Assembly (NCBI GenBank): GCA_037140955.1
Contig: JBAXDL010000001.1
Location: 114,319-178,318 of the forward strand
DNA: 64,000 bases
Direction: 5' to 3'
Source of the DNA: a bacterium
Lineage (GTDB): Bacteria > Patescibacteriota > Minisyncoccia > Moranbacterales > GWC2-37-73
Shown: positions 38,383-47,943 of the stretch, piece after piece
Layout: the number at the start of each line of letters is the position of its first letter
Position numbering within the stretch: position 1 is the first letter of the stretch
The notes under the pieces: model-generated
Told to the model about the DNA's origin: nothing
Database searches by the model: none
The model's input: only the letters and a program-made list of their open reading frames with translations
Made by a program: the position numbers and the translations under genes

Positions 38383-38414
38383 GGCTTTCGCGAATCTGCG
38401 AAAGCCTCTTTTTT
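38383..38414 (+). terminator. terminator GGCTTTCG-CGAATCTG-CGAAAGCC + T-run
   Basis: 8-bp stem. Confidence 0.55.
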
Positions 38415-38538
38415 ATATATTAAAAAAGCGGATCACAATAATATGTGTCCGCCTTGTTTTGAATCTTCGTTGACCTCCACGATGATTAGTAAAGGAGCGC
38501 TCTATTGAGGTTAAGCGCATGAAACCCTGGTCCAGATT

Positions 38539-38869
38539 TTAGAGTGGTTCAAAAACAACCTTTATCTCTTTAATCTGAAACCATCCGGCATGTGAAAATG
38601 TTACCTTCGTATTGTCAGCCGGATCGACAATGCGGTCATTCTTGCAAAAAATAACAGGTTTGCCCTTTGCGAGGTGCAAGAATTCCTGCTGCAAAGGAAG
38701 TGGCGCCACAATTGCGATAACATCGGCCACTTCGATGTCATCGAGGATTTCGGTAGCTCTGGTGATAGTCTTATTGATCTGACCAACCTCAACCTCTCCA
38801 AAAATCCGCTTCAAGTCAGACAACTGCTCAACAGACAACGGATGACGCGAAAACCAAAGAACTTTTTTC
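38539..38869 (-). CDS. hypothetical alpha/beta (flavodoxin-like?) small protein; likely start MKKVLWFSRHPLS
   Basis: SD AAGGAGG before the internal ATG at 38869; the listed ORF extends to 38955. Confidence 0.4.
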
Positions 38870-39071
38870 ATAACAAACCTCCTTGCTGCCTTTTTCACTG
38901 AGTGAAATAAGGACTTACAACAATAGCAACTTACGCTGCCTCGAGAACAGCGCAAATCACTCGAGATGTTTTTTGAAAAACTTTCACTCTGAATTTACAT
39001 TTTTGAAAAAAATATAAACTCGGAAAAAAGTGGGAATCGTCTTTATTAAGAGATTCCCAATTTATATCGCA

Positions 39072-39278
39072 CTATGTCCGTGGTGATTTTTCACCCAAGA
39101 TTAATACGATAAATCCTACTGATGCTGTAGCACACAAATACAATGCGACAACAGCAAACAAGAAACTATACTGCTTGAGAGCATAGACTTTCATCATTGC
39201 TACACCGAAAATACCAGTGCAGGAAATGAAAGCCACAACAAGCAATGCAAAGATCATTGCGTTTCTGTGTATGGTCAT
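39072..39278 (-). CDS. 68-aa two-helix membrane protein
   Basis: SD GGGAGGTGG before MTIHRN; hydrophobic. Confidence 0.4.
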   Translation of the reverse strand: MTIHRNAMIFALLVVAFISCTGIFGVAMMKVYALKQYSFLFAVVALYLCATASVGFIVLILGEKSPRT

Positions 39279-39392
39279 TTTGACCACCTCCCTTATTTTT
39301 AATTTTGTTTTTAAAAAAGGATTGACCGCCACCCCAAGGAAATTTCTTTTTGAGATTTCTCTCAGGCAAAAATTAAAAAGCCTAGTATGGAG

Positions 39393-39839
39393 CTATCTCG
39401 TTATTGACTTGAGAGCCGCGCTCCAATCCTTGCTACCATCATTGGTTAGACGTGCATGCAAATAAAAAACATTTGCGCCGTTTGCAATGAGTGGCTCACA
39501 TAGAAAGTCCATGATCGCACTTGCTGGATGGTCATGATGACCAGTGTCGGTCACAACTCCAACAAGTTTGACACCAGACATTGCCAGGAAAATTGAAAGT
39601 GGATATCCGACCATTATTTCTTGGCCGAAAAATTCCATTCCCCTTTCTCCGAGCGTCATCGATTCTGCCGGCATCAGCAGATCAATCAAGGCAACATCGA
39701 ACGAGTTGTCTTTCAGGATATGCCCACGAAAAACATCCGTATACCCACCAGTGATCACAACCTCGTGCCCAAGTGTTTCCAATTGCTTGCGAGCTGCCTC
39801 ACGATGCTTCTTTGAGTCATCCACGATCAGAATTTTCAT
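39393..39839 (-). CDS. receiver (REC)-like single-domain protein, atypical C-terminal half
   Basis: MKILIVDDS...FDVALIDLLMP matches the CheY-like acidic pocket and phospho-Asp position; remainder diverged. Confidence 0.45.
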   Translation of the reverse strand: MKILIVDDSKKHREAARKQLETLGHEVVITGGYTDVFRGHILKDNSFDVALIDLLMPAESMTLGERGMEFFGQEIMVGYPLSIFLAMSGVKLVGVVTDTGHHDHPASAIMDFLCEPLIANGANVFYLHARLTNDGSKDWSAALKSITR

Positions 39840-40176
39840 CTCTCATTCCTCCTTTTTCAATAAGATAAATATTAATTTCTTTGTCTTCTGGAGAAAAAGC
39901 AATCGCGTGACATTCATCAACGCGCCCAGGAAAACTCCTCGAAAGTGCTTTAGCAGCTAATTTTGCCTGACGTTCGCCAGGAAAAATAAGCATCGCCACA
40001 ATAACACCTTCTTCGTCCTTGAGCGCACTAAGTGCAAACTCAGGAGAATTTGTCATCACAATCTCAGCATCATCAGTGCTTTCAGTGAGCACATGCCCAT
40101 AAGCAACAATAATTAGCTTGATCGTTTTTTCCAGCACGTCTTTTTCTCCATATTTCATTTGAAGAAATATTTTCAT
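39817..40176 (-). CDS. hypothetical protein (119 aa), first gene of a two-gene operon with the REC-like protein
   Basis: SD GGAGGTG; overlaps the downstream gene by 23 nt. Confidence 0.45.
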   Translation of the reverse strand: MKIFLQMKYGEKDVLEKTIKLIIVAYGHVLTESTDDAEIVMTNSPEFALSALKDEEGVIVAMLIFPGERQAKLAAKALSRSFPGRVDECHAIAFSPEDKEINIYLIEKGGMRDENSDRG

Positions 40177-40207
40177 CTTACACCTCCGTTTTTTTTGATT
40201 TTTATTT

Positions 40208-40252
40208 CCCTCTCAAAACCAACTTTAAAAAAAATTAATTTTGAGAGAGAGG
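40208..40252. promoter_or_regulatory. 45-bp inverted-repeat leader element, copy 1 (CCCTCTCAAAACCAACTTT...TTTTGAGAGAGAGG)
   Basis: copies at 41436-41480 and 42616-42660; each is followed on the minus strand by an A-run, CGGAGGTG SD and an ATG. Confidence 0.55.
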
Positions 40253-40985
40253 CAAGAAATTTTTCTTACCCTTATATCAACAGTTCATTTGAACTGAAAA
40301 ATTCGCGGGCAGATGAGAGTGTGCAACTCTCTTTTGAACTTAGCATTCTCGATGGACATAGTGTCGATCAATAAGTGCGTGCGTTCTAAGTAGTCTGTCA
40401 TCTACTTATTATGAATTGGAGTCTTAAACCCCTTCCATCTTAAGATGAGGGCGCATCATAAGTAGCCCTGCATGATTGAAAAGCGCGCTAGTCAACCAGC
40501 CCGATGTGCACATTCACCAGGACTCGATACTAAAAATAAAATTACTCCGCCAATAAACAGCGACAAAGATTCCCTATTGAAATCACGCAATTTAACTTTT
40601 AGCTTTTAAAATTACAAGGATGTCTTTCACCCTTATCCCTTCCTGTTTAATTTCGCCACCAAGACGAAATTAGCAAACCAGGATTCCATCTCTCGGGATC
40701 AAGAACAAATTAAACACTATCTTAATTTTTTATTCACTTCACTCAAGCCTCACCACCCATTAATAGTTATGTTCGCAACAAGAGCGAAAATTCCGGGTCG
40801 CACGGAAATCATAAAAATCTTTAGATGTTAAGTTTCCATGAGCGTTCGCACAATTCCTTGTGCAAGGGGAGTGAATGTTCTCCCTTATCCCTTCCTATCC
40901 ATCCAAATATTTTTTAAAAAAGCACAATTGCTTTTAGAAAATTTATTTGGTTATAGGAAAAATCACCCGGGATCAGGACTCTGAC

Positions 40986-41413
40986 TTAGCCTAGCAATGC
41001 TTCGGCATTTTGCGGTAAGCGTCTTATTGGAACAACCCAAAAGCGCTCCCACCTTGTATCACTACCCTCAATATGTTTTTCAGCATTTTCTTTACTGATA
41101 AATGCATCATGAGCATACCAAGAACTTCCACCATAACTATCCCTTCCATTGTAATAGTAGCCATTCAAAAAAATAATGACATACATAATCTCGGGAATCA
41201 TTTGTCCATCAAAATCAAGCACAGCAACCGACTGACTAAATTGCCAACTAGGCCAATTTTTTTTGTCATCAGCGCTATCAGGATCTAGAAAACCACACAC
41301 GCTAATGCGTGGACAGTATTCCTTTTCCTTGTTCCAGTCGATTTGGTAATCGATCCGTCCATTGCGACTAAGTGACATAAAAACTGTTACCCTCTTCTTT
41401 GATTCTGCCATGG
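40986..41413 (-). CDS. hypothetical protein (142 aa from MAESKK)
   Basis: SD CCGGAGGTG before the ATG at 41413; the listed ORF extends upstream through the leader element. Confidence 0.45.
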
Positions 41414-41435
41414 TGACACCTCCGGTTTTTTGTTT

Positions 41436-41480
41436 CCCTCTCAAAACCAACTTTTTGAAAAAATTAATTTTGAGAGAGAG
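41436..41480. promoter_or_regulatory. 45-bp inverted-repeat leader element, copy 2
   Basis: near-identical to copy 1. Confidence 0.55.
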
Positions 41481-41673
41481 ACGCAGAAAGAGAAGTGTTG
41501 TCTCCCCTACGACATTTGTCACGTTTTGACGCGCTGGACTTACACAAGATTGTGTCGTTCGCGCAACTTGAGACTGACATCACATTGGTTATTCGTTTTC
41601 ACCAAGTGGCTCAAGATTATTCCAGGATTATTTTTCGTCGCCTTTGACCTGGGCGCGACTAGCCACGAATGTG

Positions 41674-41992
41674 CTATCGGCTCGCAGAAACTTTCAGTTT
41701 CAGTTTGAACTTATTCAGTTCAGACTTAACTTCCGGTTTTGCGAAATCCGACAGAAACACACGAAGAGACTGAATCTCAGCGTTCCGCTTTTCAGCTTCA
41801 CGCTTTGAACCATCGATTCCGAAAAATCGAAGTGTCTTTCCTTGTGTCCGCATTTCTCTTTCCAGAGATTTGCGGCATCCGCTGCATACAAGTGGTGCTG
41901 ACCAAAGCTTGGTCACCTTGTCTCTTTTCAGAGCCAATGTGAACTTTGGCAGTCCCTTGCAGCCTGGCAGGATGTTGCAGGAATCGGTCATG
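41674..41992 (-). CDS. hypothetical Cys-containing protein (106 aa from MTDSCN)
   Basis: SD AAAGGAGGTG before the ATG at 41992; CNILPGC...CSGC. Confidence 0.4.
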
Positions 41993-41995
41993 CTA

Positions 41996-42349
41996 TCACC
42001 TCCTTTCTTGGACCTGGTTAGGGTGAACTTCAACAGTCGATATGGGTTCGGAATCTTCTTCCTCATCCCACACGAACACGGACGTTATGAAATAATACTG
42101 TGGTTTTTCTTCGAAATTCAGTCCCACGCGTACTATCCATATCAGATCTTCAAATTCCTCGCATCCTTCACCAGCATAAAGCTCTGGTGTACTCAGAATG
42201 AAAAATGGTCCACTTATGCGACCAGCATCATCAAATACATAGACTTCCGATCCAAGTGGATACTTGTGCGTGAAGTCAACATATTGATTCTGCATTTCCA
42301 GGCTCAAAAGTTGAAACTGGTGATCTTCCATTGGAATCACATGATTCAT
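41996..42349 (-). CDS. hypothetical acidic protein (117 aa from MNHVIP)
   Basis: SD AAGGAGG before the ATG at 42349. Confidence 0.45.
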   Translation of the reverse strand: MNHVIPMEDHQFQLLSLEMQNQYVDFTHKYPLGSEVYVFDDAGRISGPFFILSTPELYAGEGCEEFEDLIWIVRVGLNFEEKPQYYFITSVFVWDEEEDSEPISTVEVHPNQVQERR

Positions 42350-42514
42350 GGCATCCTCCTTGGATGGTTTGAAATTTTTCTCATAGAAAATCATTACCCA
42401 ATGTAACAATCTTCATAAGAGAGGCGAAAGATTCTTCGCCAAGATTGATCAGTTCTGTTGACAGGTTGATCAAACCCCGCTTGCCACCTTTCGGCGCAGC
42501 AGATGAAGGAGTAG

Positions 42515-42589
42515 TTACTTTCCCTGCTTAGCTGCATTTGCAGCTTCGCGCGAAAAGTATACTACGCCATTAACGACGTAATAACTCAT
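42515..42589 (-). CDS. 24-aa peptide MSYYVVNGVVYFSREAANAAKQGK directly downstream of leader element copy 3
   Basis: SD CGGAGGTGA plus ATG in the same arrangement as the other two leader copies; very short, so uncertain. Confidence 0.25.
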   Translation of the reverse strand: MSYYVVNGVVYFSREAANAAKQGK

Positions 42590-42615
42590 GCGGTCACCTC
42601 CGTTTTTTATGAAAT

Positions 42616-42660
42616 CCCTCATATATACCAACTTTAAATCAAAACGAGCATATATGAGGG
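42616..42660. promoter_or_regulatory. 45-bp inverted-repeat leader element, copy 3 (CCCTCATATATACCAACTTTAAATC...ATATATGAGGG)
   Basis: arms differ from copies 1-2 but remain mutually complementary; ACCAACTTTAAA core conserved. Confidence 0.5.
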
Positions 42661-43212
42661 AAAAATTGTTAAAGTCCAGTCGTGAGTGAACAGCGAATCA
42701 AAAACCATAGAAGTGCACAAGGCACAACTTGGGAAAAAATAGTCAAAAAAAACCTTTGCTTATATACAGATCTTTTTTACTCAGATATGTGGCCAATATA
42801 TATATGTGCCAATATGGTAATGAAATCTGAAAGCGCTCCAAGATGCCGACTGTGCTTTGTTTCTCCATATTCTGTGATATTCTCCTTCAAAGCTGCGCAC
42901 ATCTCAGTACTCTTAACTACCTATCTTTTTGAGGAACTCGCTGTCCGCTTTTCTTAGCATGACTCCGTAGTATAGCGCATGATAAACGTTTTGTCAAGTG
43001 TCTTTGACAAAATAAAGTAAATTACTTTATTTCAGCTCTAATTAAAGCCTTTTAATCTTAACATTTTGATATATTTTACTAACATATTTCAGCAGAAAAG
43101 ACTCATAATTTTGTGAAAAAATAGTGTTTAAGCTATAAAACAGTTTTAATTTGAATATAAGCCAATAAAAAGGCACTCCTTATATAGCAATGAAAAAATA
43201 AGTTTATATCTA

Positions 43213-43241
43213 TTGACAAATTTCCCACAATCTGCTAGACT
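43213..43241 (+). promoter_or_regulatory. promoter TTGACA-N17-TAGACT
   Basis: canonical spacing; no long ORF downstream. Confidence 0.4.
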
Positions 43242-43249
43242 GTTTTGTA

Positions 43250-43527
43250 ACGTTAGTTATTTGAAAAAAGTATTTTGGGTTTTGAAGTTAACCCCTAACC
43301 GCCAGTACGGACCCACGAAAGGGGGTGAGATCATGGACGATTAACTTTCCTCATTAAAAGCAATTTATTTGTGAGAGGAAAAAATCGTTCAATGAGAAGT
43401 ACAAGAAAAAATAAAAAGGAGGAAAGGATCATGAATGACTAGACTAGTGAAGATTATTATTGTATTTGCAAGGCTCGAACTCAACGACACATAATGTGAG
43501 TCGTGCCAAAAAATTTCTACTCAGACA
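43250..43527 (+). ncRNA. candidate small RNA / leader transcript containing minimal ORFs with strong SD
   Basis: between the promoter and terminator; AAAAGGAGGAAAGGATCATGAATGACTAG (MND-stop) and AGGGGGTGAGATCATGGACGATTAA (MDD-stop). Confidence 0.3.
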
Positions 43528-43567
43528 AAAGCCCCGAACGAAATCGTTCGGGGCTCATTTTTTTATA
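43528..43567. terminator. bidirectional terminator GCCCCGAACG-AAAT-CGTTCGGGGC with A/T tails
   Basis: 10-bp GC-rich stem. Confidence 0.6.
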
Positions 43568-43577
43568 AAAGCATATT

Positions 43578-44324
43578 TTATTGATATTTTTCAGCGCCCT
43601 CCCATGCAAGCTTCATTATTGCCTGAAGTGAGTTTGCAATTTCAACATCCTCAATGACAATTCCAGCTAACCTGTCCTTCAGAGAAGCAATTCTCAATTT
43701 ATTATCATAAATAGCTATATCTATACTGATTGGAAATTTATCAAATGGAACCTTTCTTCTTTCTCCATCTGGCGTATTTTCAAGTTTTCCATTTTTATAA
43801 GTATATATTACCTGCGTTGTTATCTTATTATTAATCCTTCTTGCGCGTGCTCTTTCGCGATCCCTTGGAGTAAAAACCGAATTTACTTCATCAACTGAAT
43901 AAGCCATGTAAACTTTTCCTTTTGCACTTTTTGTAAACTCCTCAACTGTTGCTAAAATTCCCTCTTTTCCCTCATAATATTTCACAACAGGCTTATCAGC
44001 GTTTTTATTGTTCAAGCTTTGCAATTGTGGCAACAATTTTTTCAAATTTTCCTTCTTTTTTTCAATACTTTCTTTTTCTTGTTCCAAAATTTCCAGCAAA
44101 CGCTCCGGATCAGCAGCAATGAAATATTGCTTTTTGCCTTTATAAAAACTTGAAACCAAACCTCTTTGCATCAAAGCATCAATAATAAAATATGCTGTGG
44201 CCCGATTCACCGCTGCTTTTTGCGCAACCTGTTGAACAGTTGATTGTCCCAATTCAAGTGTGGCCAAATATATTTTGGCCTCTTTTTCATTGATTCCAAT
44301 ATTAATAAGCTCTTGTTCTAGCAT
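43578..44324 (-). CDS. TrmB-family HTH transcriptional regulator (paralog 4)
   Basis: IGINEKEAKIYLATLELG...AVNRATAYFIIDALMQRGLV. Confidence 0.6.
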   Translation of the reverse strand: MLEQELINIGINEKEAKIYLATLELGQSTVQQVAQKAAVNRATAYFIIDALMQRGLVSSFYKGKKQYFIAADPERLLEILEQEKESIEKKKENLKKLLPQLQSLNNKNADKPVVKYYEGKEGILATVEEFTKSAKGKVYMAYSVDEVNSVFTPRDRERARARRINNKITTQVIYTYKNGKLENTPDGERRKVPFDKFPISIDIAIYDNKLRIASLKDRLAGIVIEDVEIANSLQAIMKLAWEGAEKYQ

Positions 44325-44380
44325 ATTTTTTCTATTTAAGTTTAAAAAGTGTCAACCTCTTTAAACATTTTAGCACGTTT

Positions 44381-44959
44381 TTAAGAAAAAATCAAATATT
44401 TTTCTTCTTCAATCTTATAAATCGGTAATTTTTCTTTATAGTTATCCAGTTGCTCAAAAACCTCGCCATATTCATCTAAATAATGACAGATAAGCTTTAT
44501 TGGCAAAATTCCAACACCTTCCCTGATTTCATTGAATGTGTTTGCATAATAATATCTGGAAAGAATGTTGGCACCCGCGCTGATTCCAACAACAACCTTG
44601 CCATCAATGAGCTCAGAAAAATTTTCCAAATTTTGAAGTGTTTCTTTGAGGCAGCCTCTTCTGCCACCATTAACAAAAACAACATCAGCATTTTTTATTT
44701 GCTCAACCAATTCCTCCTTTTCCAGAACTGCCATTTTTATCTCCAGATCTTTTTTTGTTGCAAGGTTCAAAAAAATTGCTTGATCTTCATCGAATGAATC
44801 TTCCCATCTGTCCTCGAGCCTCGCGAAATAGACGCACAAAATCTTGACTGTTTCTGAACTTACGCTGTTTATAATTTCATGAAAAAACTTTTCATTGTCA
44901 TCACTTTTTTTGCTTGAATTTCCCCCTTGCAAAATAAATTTTGTTTTCATGTTTTTCAA
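44381..44959 (-). CDS. type-1 glutamine amidotransferase-like / peptidase S51 (PepE-like) protein
   Basis: 192 aa; FILQGGNS...VVGISAGANIL pattern. Confidence 0.45.
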   Translation of the reverse strand: MKNMKTKFILQGGNSSKKSDDNEKFFHEIINSVSSETVKILCVYFARLEDRWEDSFDEDQAIFLNLATKKDLEIKMAVLEKEELVEQIKNADVVFVNGGRRGCLKETLQNLENFSELIDGKVVVGISAGANILSRYYYANTFNEIREGVGILPIKLICHYLDEYGEVFEQLDNYKEKLPIYKIEEEKYLIFS

Positions 44960-45039
44960 GATAATATAACAAATTATTATTTCTCAATAAAAAATTCTCA
45001 ACCTCCTTTTCATCTCTTAAGAAATAAACTTATCCTTTT

Positions 45040-45651
45040 TTAAATGCTTCTTATTGTACCAACAACTTCATCAAAGCTGGAAACAATTTTAAATGGACTA
45101 CCCTTTTCTAGCCTATCTCTTTCATGGAAACCAAAATCAACAGCAATGGTTTTGACACCAACCTTATTGCCCTCCAAGATATCACCCAGTGTATCTGTGA
45201 CAAAAACGCAATCATTCACATTCAAATTATATTTCTCAAACAAAAGCTTAAATTTTTCAACCTTCGATCGATGAGTTTCTGCACCCAACACCTCCTTAAA
45301 AATATGAGTGAAATTATTATTTTGAAAATATGTGTTCAGTGTTTCTTCCCAATTAGAAGAAACGACAAACAAAATATGGTCCTTAGATAGTTGTTCTAAA
45401 TTATTTTTAATGTTTTCATCTATTTTCAAATATTTAAATGCTTCTTTTTGTAACTCATAAAATTTATCAATTTGGGTTTTTGCTTTTTCCTCATCAACCA
45501 CAACTCTTTCAAAAATATTTCCACTAAAAAAATCCCTATGTTGCTCTCGAGTCAAATCTCCACCTGAAGACTCACGGTCGATTTGATATGCCATTTCATA
45601 TGTGTCATGAATCACTCCATCAAAATCAAAAATAATTGCTTTCATGATCAT
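45040..45651 (-). CDS. HAD-superfamily hydrolase (subfamily IA)
   Basis: AIIFDFDGVIHDT motif I; later HAD motifs. Confidence 0.8.
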   Translation of the reverse strand: MIMKAIIFDFDGVIHDTYEMAYQIDRESSGGDLTREQHRDFFSGNIFERVVVDEEKAKTQIDKFYELQKEAFKYLKIDENIKNNLEQLSKDHILFVVSSNWEETLNTYFQNNNFTHIFKEVLGAETHRSKVEKFKLLFEKYNLNVNDCVFVTDTLGDILEGNKVGVKTIAVDFGFHERDRLEKGSPFKIVSSFDEVVGTIRSI

Positions 45652-46202
45652 TATTTTGAATAACTTAATCTTTCCATTTCTAATATATTCTTTCTTTGCT
45701 GAAATTCTTGTATTTTTTGTTTATTTTCATCACTCAAACTTTTCTCCTCAAGTAATGATTCGATATAATCTGAAATAAATTCAAGCTCACTATCGATATT
45801 TTCAAGCCGTTCTACTGATTCCTTCTTGCGATTCACATCCATCGCATGAATAAAATACTGTTGCCATCGTTGCGTTTCTCGTTGCTCAATGTCATTACAA
45901 ATAATTTCACCATCAATAATAAGCATCTCATTTTCAAGAGATTCAACCTCATACAATAAGGCACTTTGTTTGTCACCTTGCTCAAGAGCAATCTTTTTCC
46001 ACTCTTCATATTGTTCTTTCGTTTCTTGCAGAGAGATAATCCCTTTTTGTATCTGATCAATTTCTCGTTGCTCTTTTTTCTCTTTTAGTTCTAGACCCTT
46101 GCTGATTCCCACGACATTTGGTTTTTCAAATTGATTTTTCATATTTTTAACTATTAATATTTTACATGCATCAATCTTAACAAAATAAAACAATGCCTGC
46201 AA
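45651..46202 (-). CDS. coiled-coil hypothetical protein
   Basis: 183 aa, E/K/Q-rich heptads. Confidence 0.4.
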   Translation of the reverse strand: MQALFYFVKIDACKILIVKNMKNQFEKPNVVGISKGLELKEKKEQREIDQIQKGIISLQETKEQYEEWKKIALEQGDKQSALLYEVESLENEMLIIDGEIICNDIEQRETQRWQQYFIHAMDVNRKKESVERLENIDSELEFISDYIESLLEEKSLSDENKQKIQEFQQRKNILEMERLSYSK

Positions 46203-46275
46203 TTTTTTATTATTTGCTTTTAAAAAGTAGTCTTACATAGTTAAATGGCCACCGCAAGTTTGCGATGGCCATTTT

Positions 46276-46536
46276 TTAGATAATCTCAAATATGCATTCA
46301 TATTTGAGGTGCTCAGGAACGTCATGTCGCTTAAGGATTACCCCAAACATACGACTAATCATAAACAAAAAATGAAATACTTCTGACAAATCACGCACCG
46401 GAAGAATCATCTTATTATCCCCGTGCGGCCAATGCTGAATGCAACTATCTGTTTGCCATAAAATCAGATAATCTCCACCAAGCTTCTCGACCAGCAAAAT
46501 TTGTCCCCTTTTCATTTGAAACTTTTCTTTTTTCAT
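46276..46536 (-). CDS. hypothetical protein (86 aa)
   Basis: SD AAGGAGGAAG before the ATG. Confidence 0.4.
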   Translation of the reverse strand: MKKEKFQMKRGQILLVEKLGGDYLILWQTDSCIQHWPHGDNKMILPVRDLSEVFHFLFMISRMFGVILKRHDVPEHLKYECIFEII

Positions 46537-46651
46537 AACTTCCTCCTTTTTTAAAATACGAGAGCATTTTTCTCCTATGAAACCACCACAATGATGAACT
46601 CGATAAGAGAGGCAATAGAAATAGATTCATTTCCCTTGCTCAAGAAATTTC

Positions 46652-46930
46652 TCAACCTAGCTTTAAAATATCAGCATCATCAGGTACATAAGCAGGCTCT
46701 CCGGTCGTTGTGATTGCGGTATATGGTTTATTTCTGCCACACACCACAATTAAGCATGCCGCCTTTTCATTGTCTGACTTAGATGACTCGTTCATTTGAG
46801 TTAAGGAATTGTAGCAGGTTACTGGCTTTTGCAATTTTATATAACACGAAATTCCATATCTCATTTCTCCATCTGCAATTGCACATTCATAAATAAACTT
46901 ATCCCCTGGTTTCAAATTTTTAAATAACAT
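46652..46930 (-). CDS. hypothetical Cys-containing protein (92 aa), divergent from TrmB paralog 5
   Basis: SD AAAGGAGAG; promoter TTGACA-17-TATTAT and a GTTAAC..GTTAAC +1 hairpin on the minus strand. Confidence 0.4.
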   Translation of the reverse strand: MLFKNLKPGDKFIYECAIADGEMRYGISCYIKLQKPVTCYNSLTQMNESSKSDNEKAACLIVVCGRNKPYTAITTTGEPAYVPDDADILKLG

Positions 46931-47138
46931 AGCAGCTCTCCTTTTTGTTTTTATTGCATTTGTTAACTCATGTTAACGGTCAATAATAACACCTATTTTA
47001 AATATTGTCAATAATAAACGTCAAGTATCACAGCAATATAAAAAGTATAATAATAATATATTGCCTAAATTAAGCATAATATTGACAAAAAAGCTGATTA
47101 TGCTATACTGATAATGTTGACGATAAACATCGACATAT

Positions 47139-47885
47139 ATGGAAATAAAGCAAATATTGGAACAACTTGGACTTTCCGGCAAAAAAGCTGATGTATATTT
47201 GGCTGCTTTGGAATTAGGAAGTTCAACCGCAATTGAAATTTCAAAAAAGGCCGGAATCAAAAGAACCACCTGCTATGACATCATTCAAGATTTGATTAAC
47301 TATGGATTGATTTCGCAAACCCACAAGGGCAAAAAACATTTGTTCGTAGGAGAAGATCCGGAAAAAATTCAAAGGAATCTCAAAAACAAAGAAAGATTGT
47401 TTTCTGAAATCCTTCCCCAACTGCAATCTATTCACAATGCAAACGACTCAAAACCAAAAATCAGATTCTATGAAGGCAAAGAAGGGATCAAGGAGGTTTA
47501 TGCTGACACACTGAAATATGGCGGAGAAATCTTGGGCTTTGCATCATATGATGTGATTGGAATTCTTGGAAAAACTTGGGCTGATGAATATTTGCAAAAG
47601 CGCATCAGAGCTGGAATATATGCCAAGGGAATAATTCCTGGCAGTGAACTGATGATGAAAGAATTTATTTCCAAAGATCAAGAGCAACGACGCTCAACCA
47701 AAGTCATTGATACTAAAAAATATCCATTCACGATTGAAATAAATGTTTATGGTCACAATCGTGTGGCTCTCATGTCAGCCAAGGAAGAAATGGGCCTCAT
47801 TATTGAAGGAACAGAAATTCATAGCACCATGAAACTTATTTTTCAATTGATTTGGGATTTATTACCAGAGATTAAGGTGAAATAA
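47139..47885 (+). CDS. TrmB-family HTH transcriptional regulator (paralog 5)
   Basis: LGLSGKKADVYLAALELG...GIKRTTCYDIIQDLINYGLI; promoter TTGACA-N17-TATACT upstream. Confidence 0.6.
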   Translation: MEIKQILEQLGLSGKKADVYLAALELGSSTAIEISKKAGIKRTTCYDIIQDLINYGLISQTHKGKKHLFVGEDPEKIQRNLKNKERLFSEILPQLQSIHNANDSKPKIRFYEGKEGIKEVYADTLKYGGEILGFASYDVIGILGKTWADEYLQKRIRAGIYAKGIIPGSELMMKEFISKDQEQRRSTKVIDTKKYPFTIEINVYGHNRVALMSAKEEMGLIIEGTEIHSTMKLIFQLIWDLLPEIKVK

Positions 47886-47943
47886 AAAACAGGAATTAAG
47901 CACTGCAGTTGTATTATTTATCCAAAGCTATATACTAAATTAC

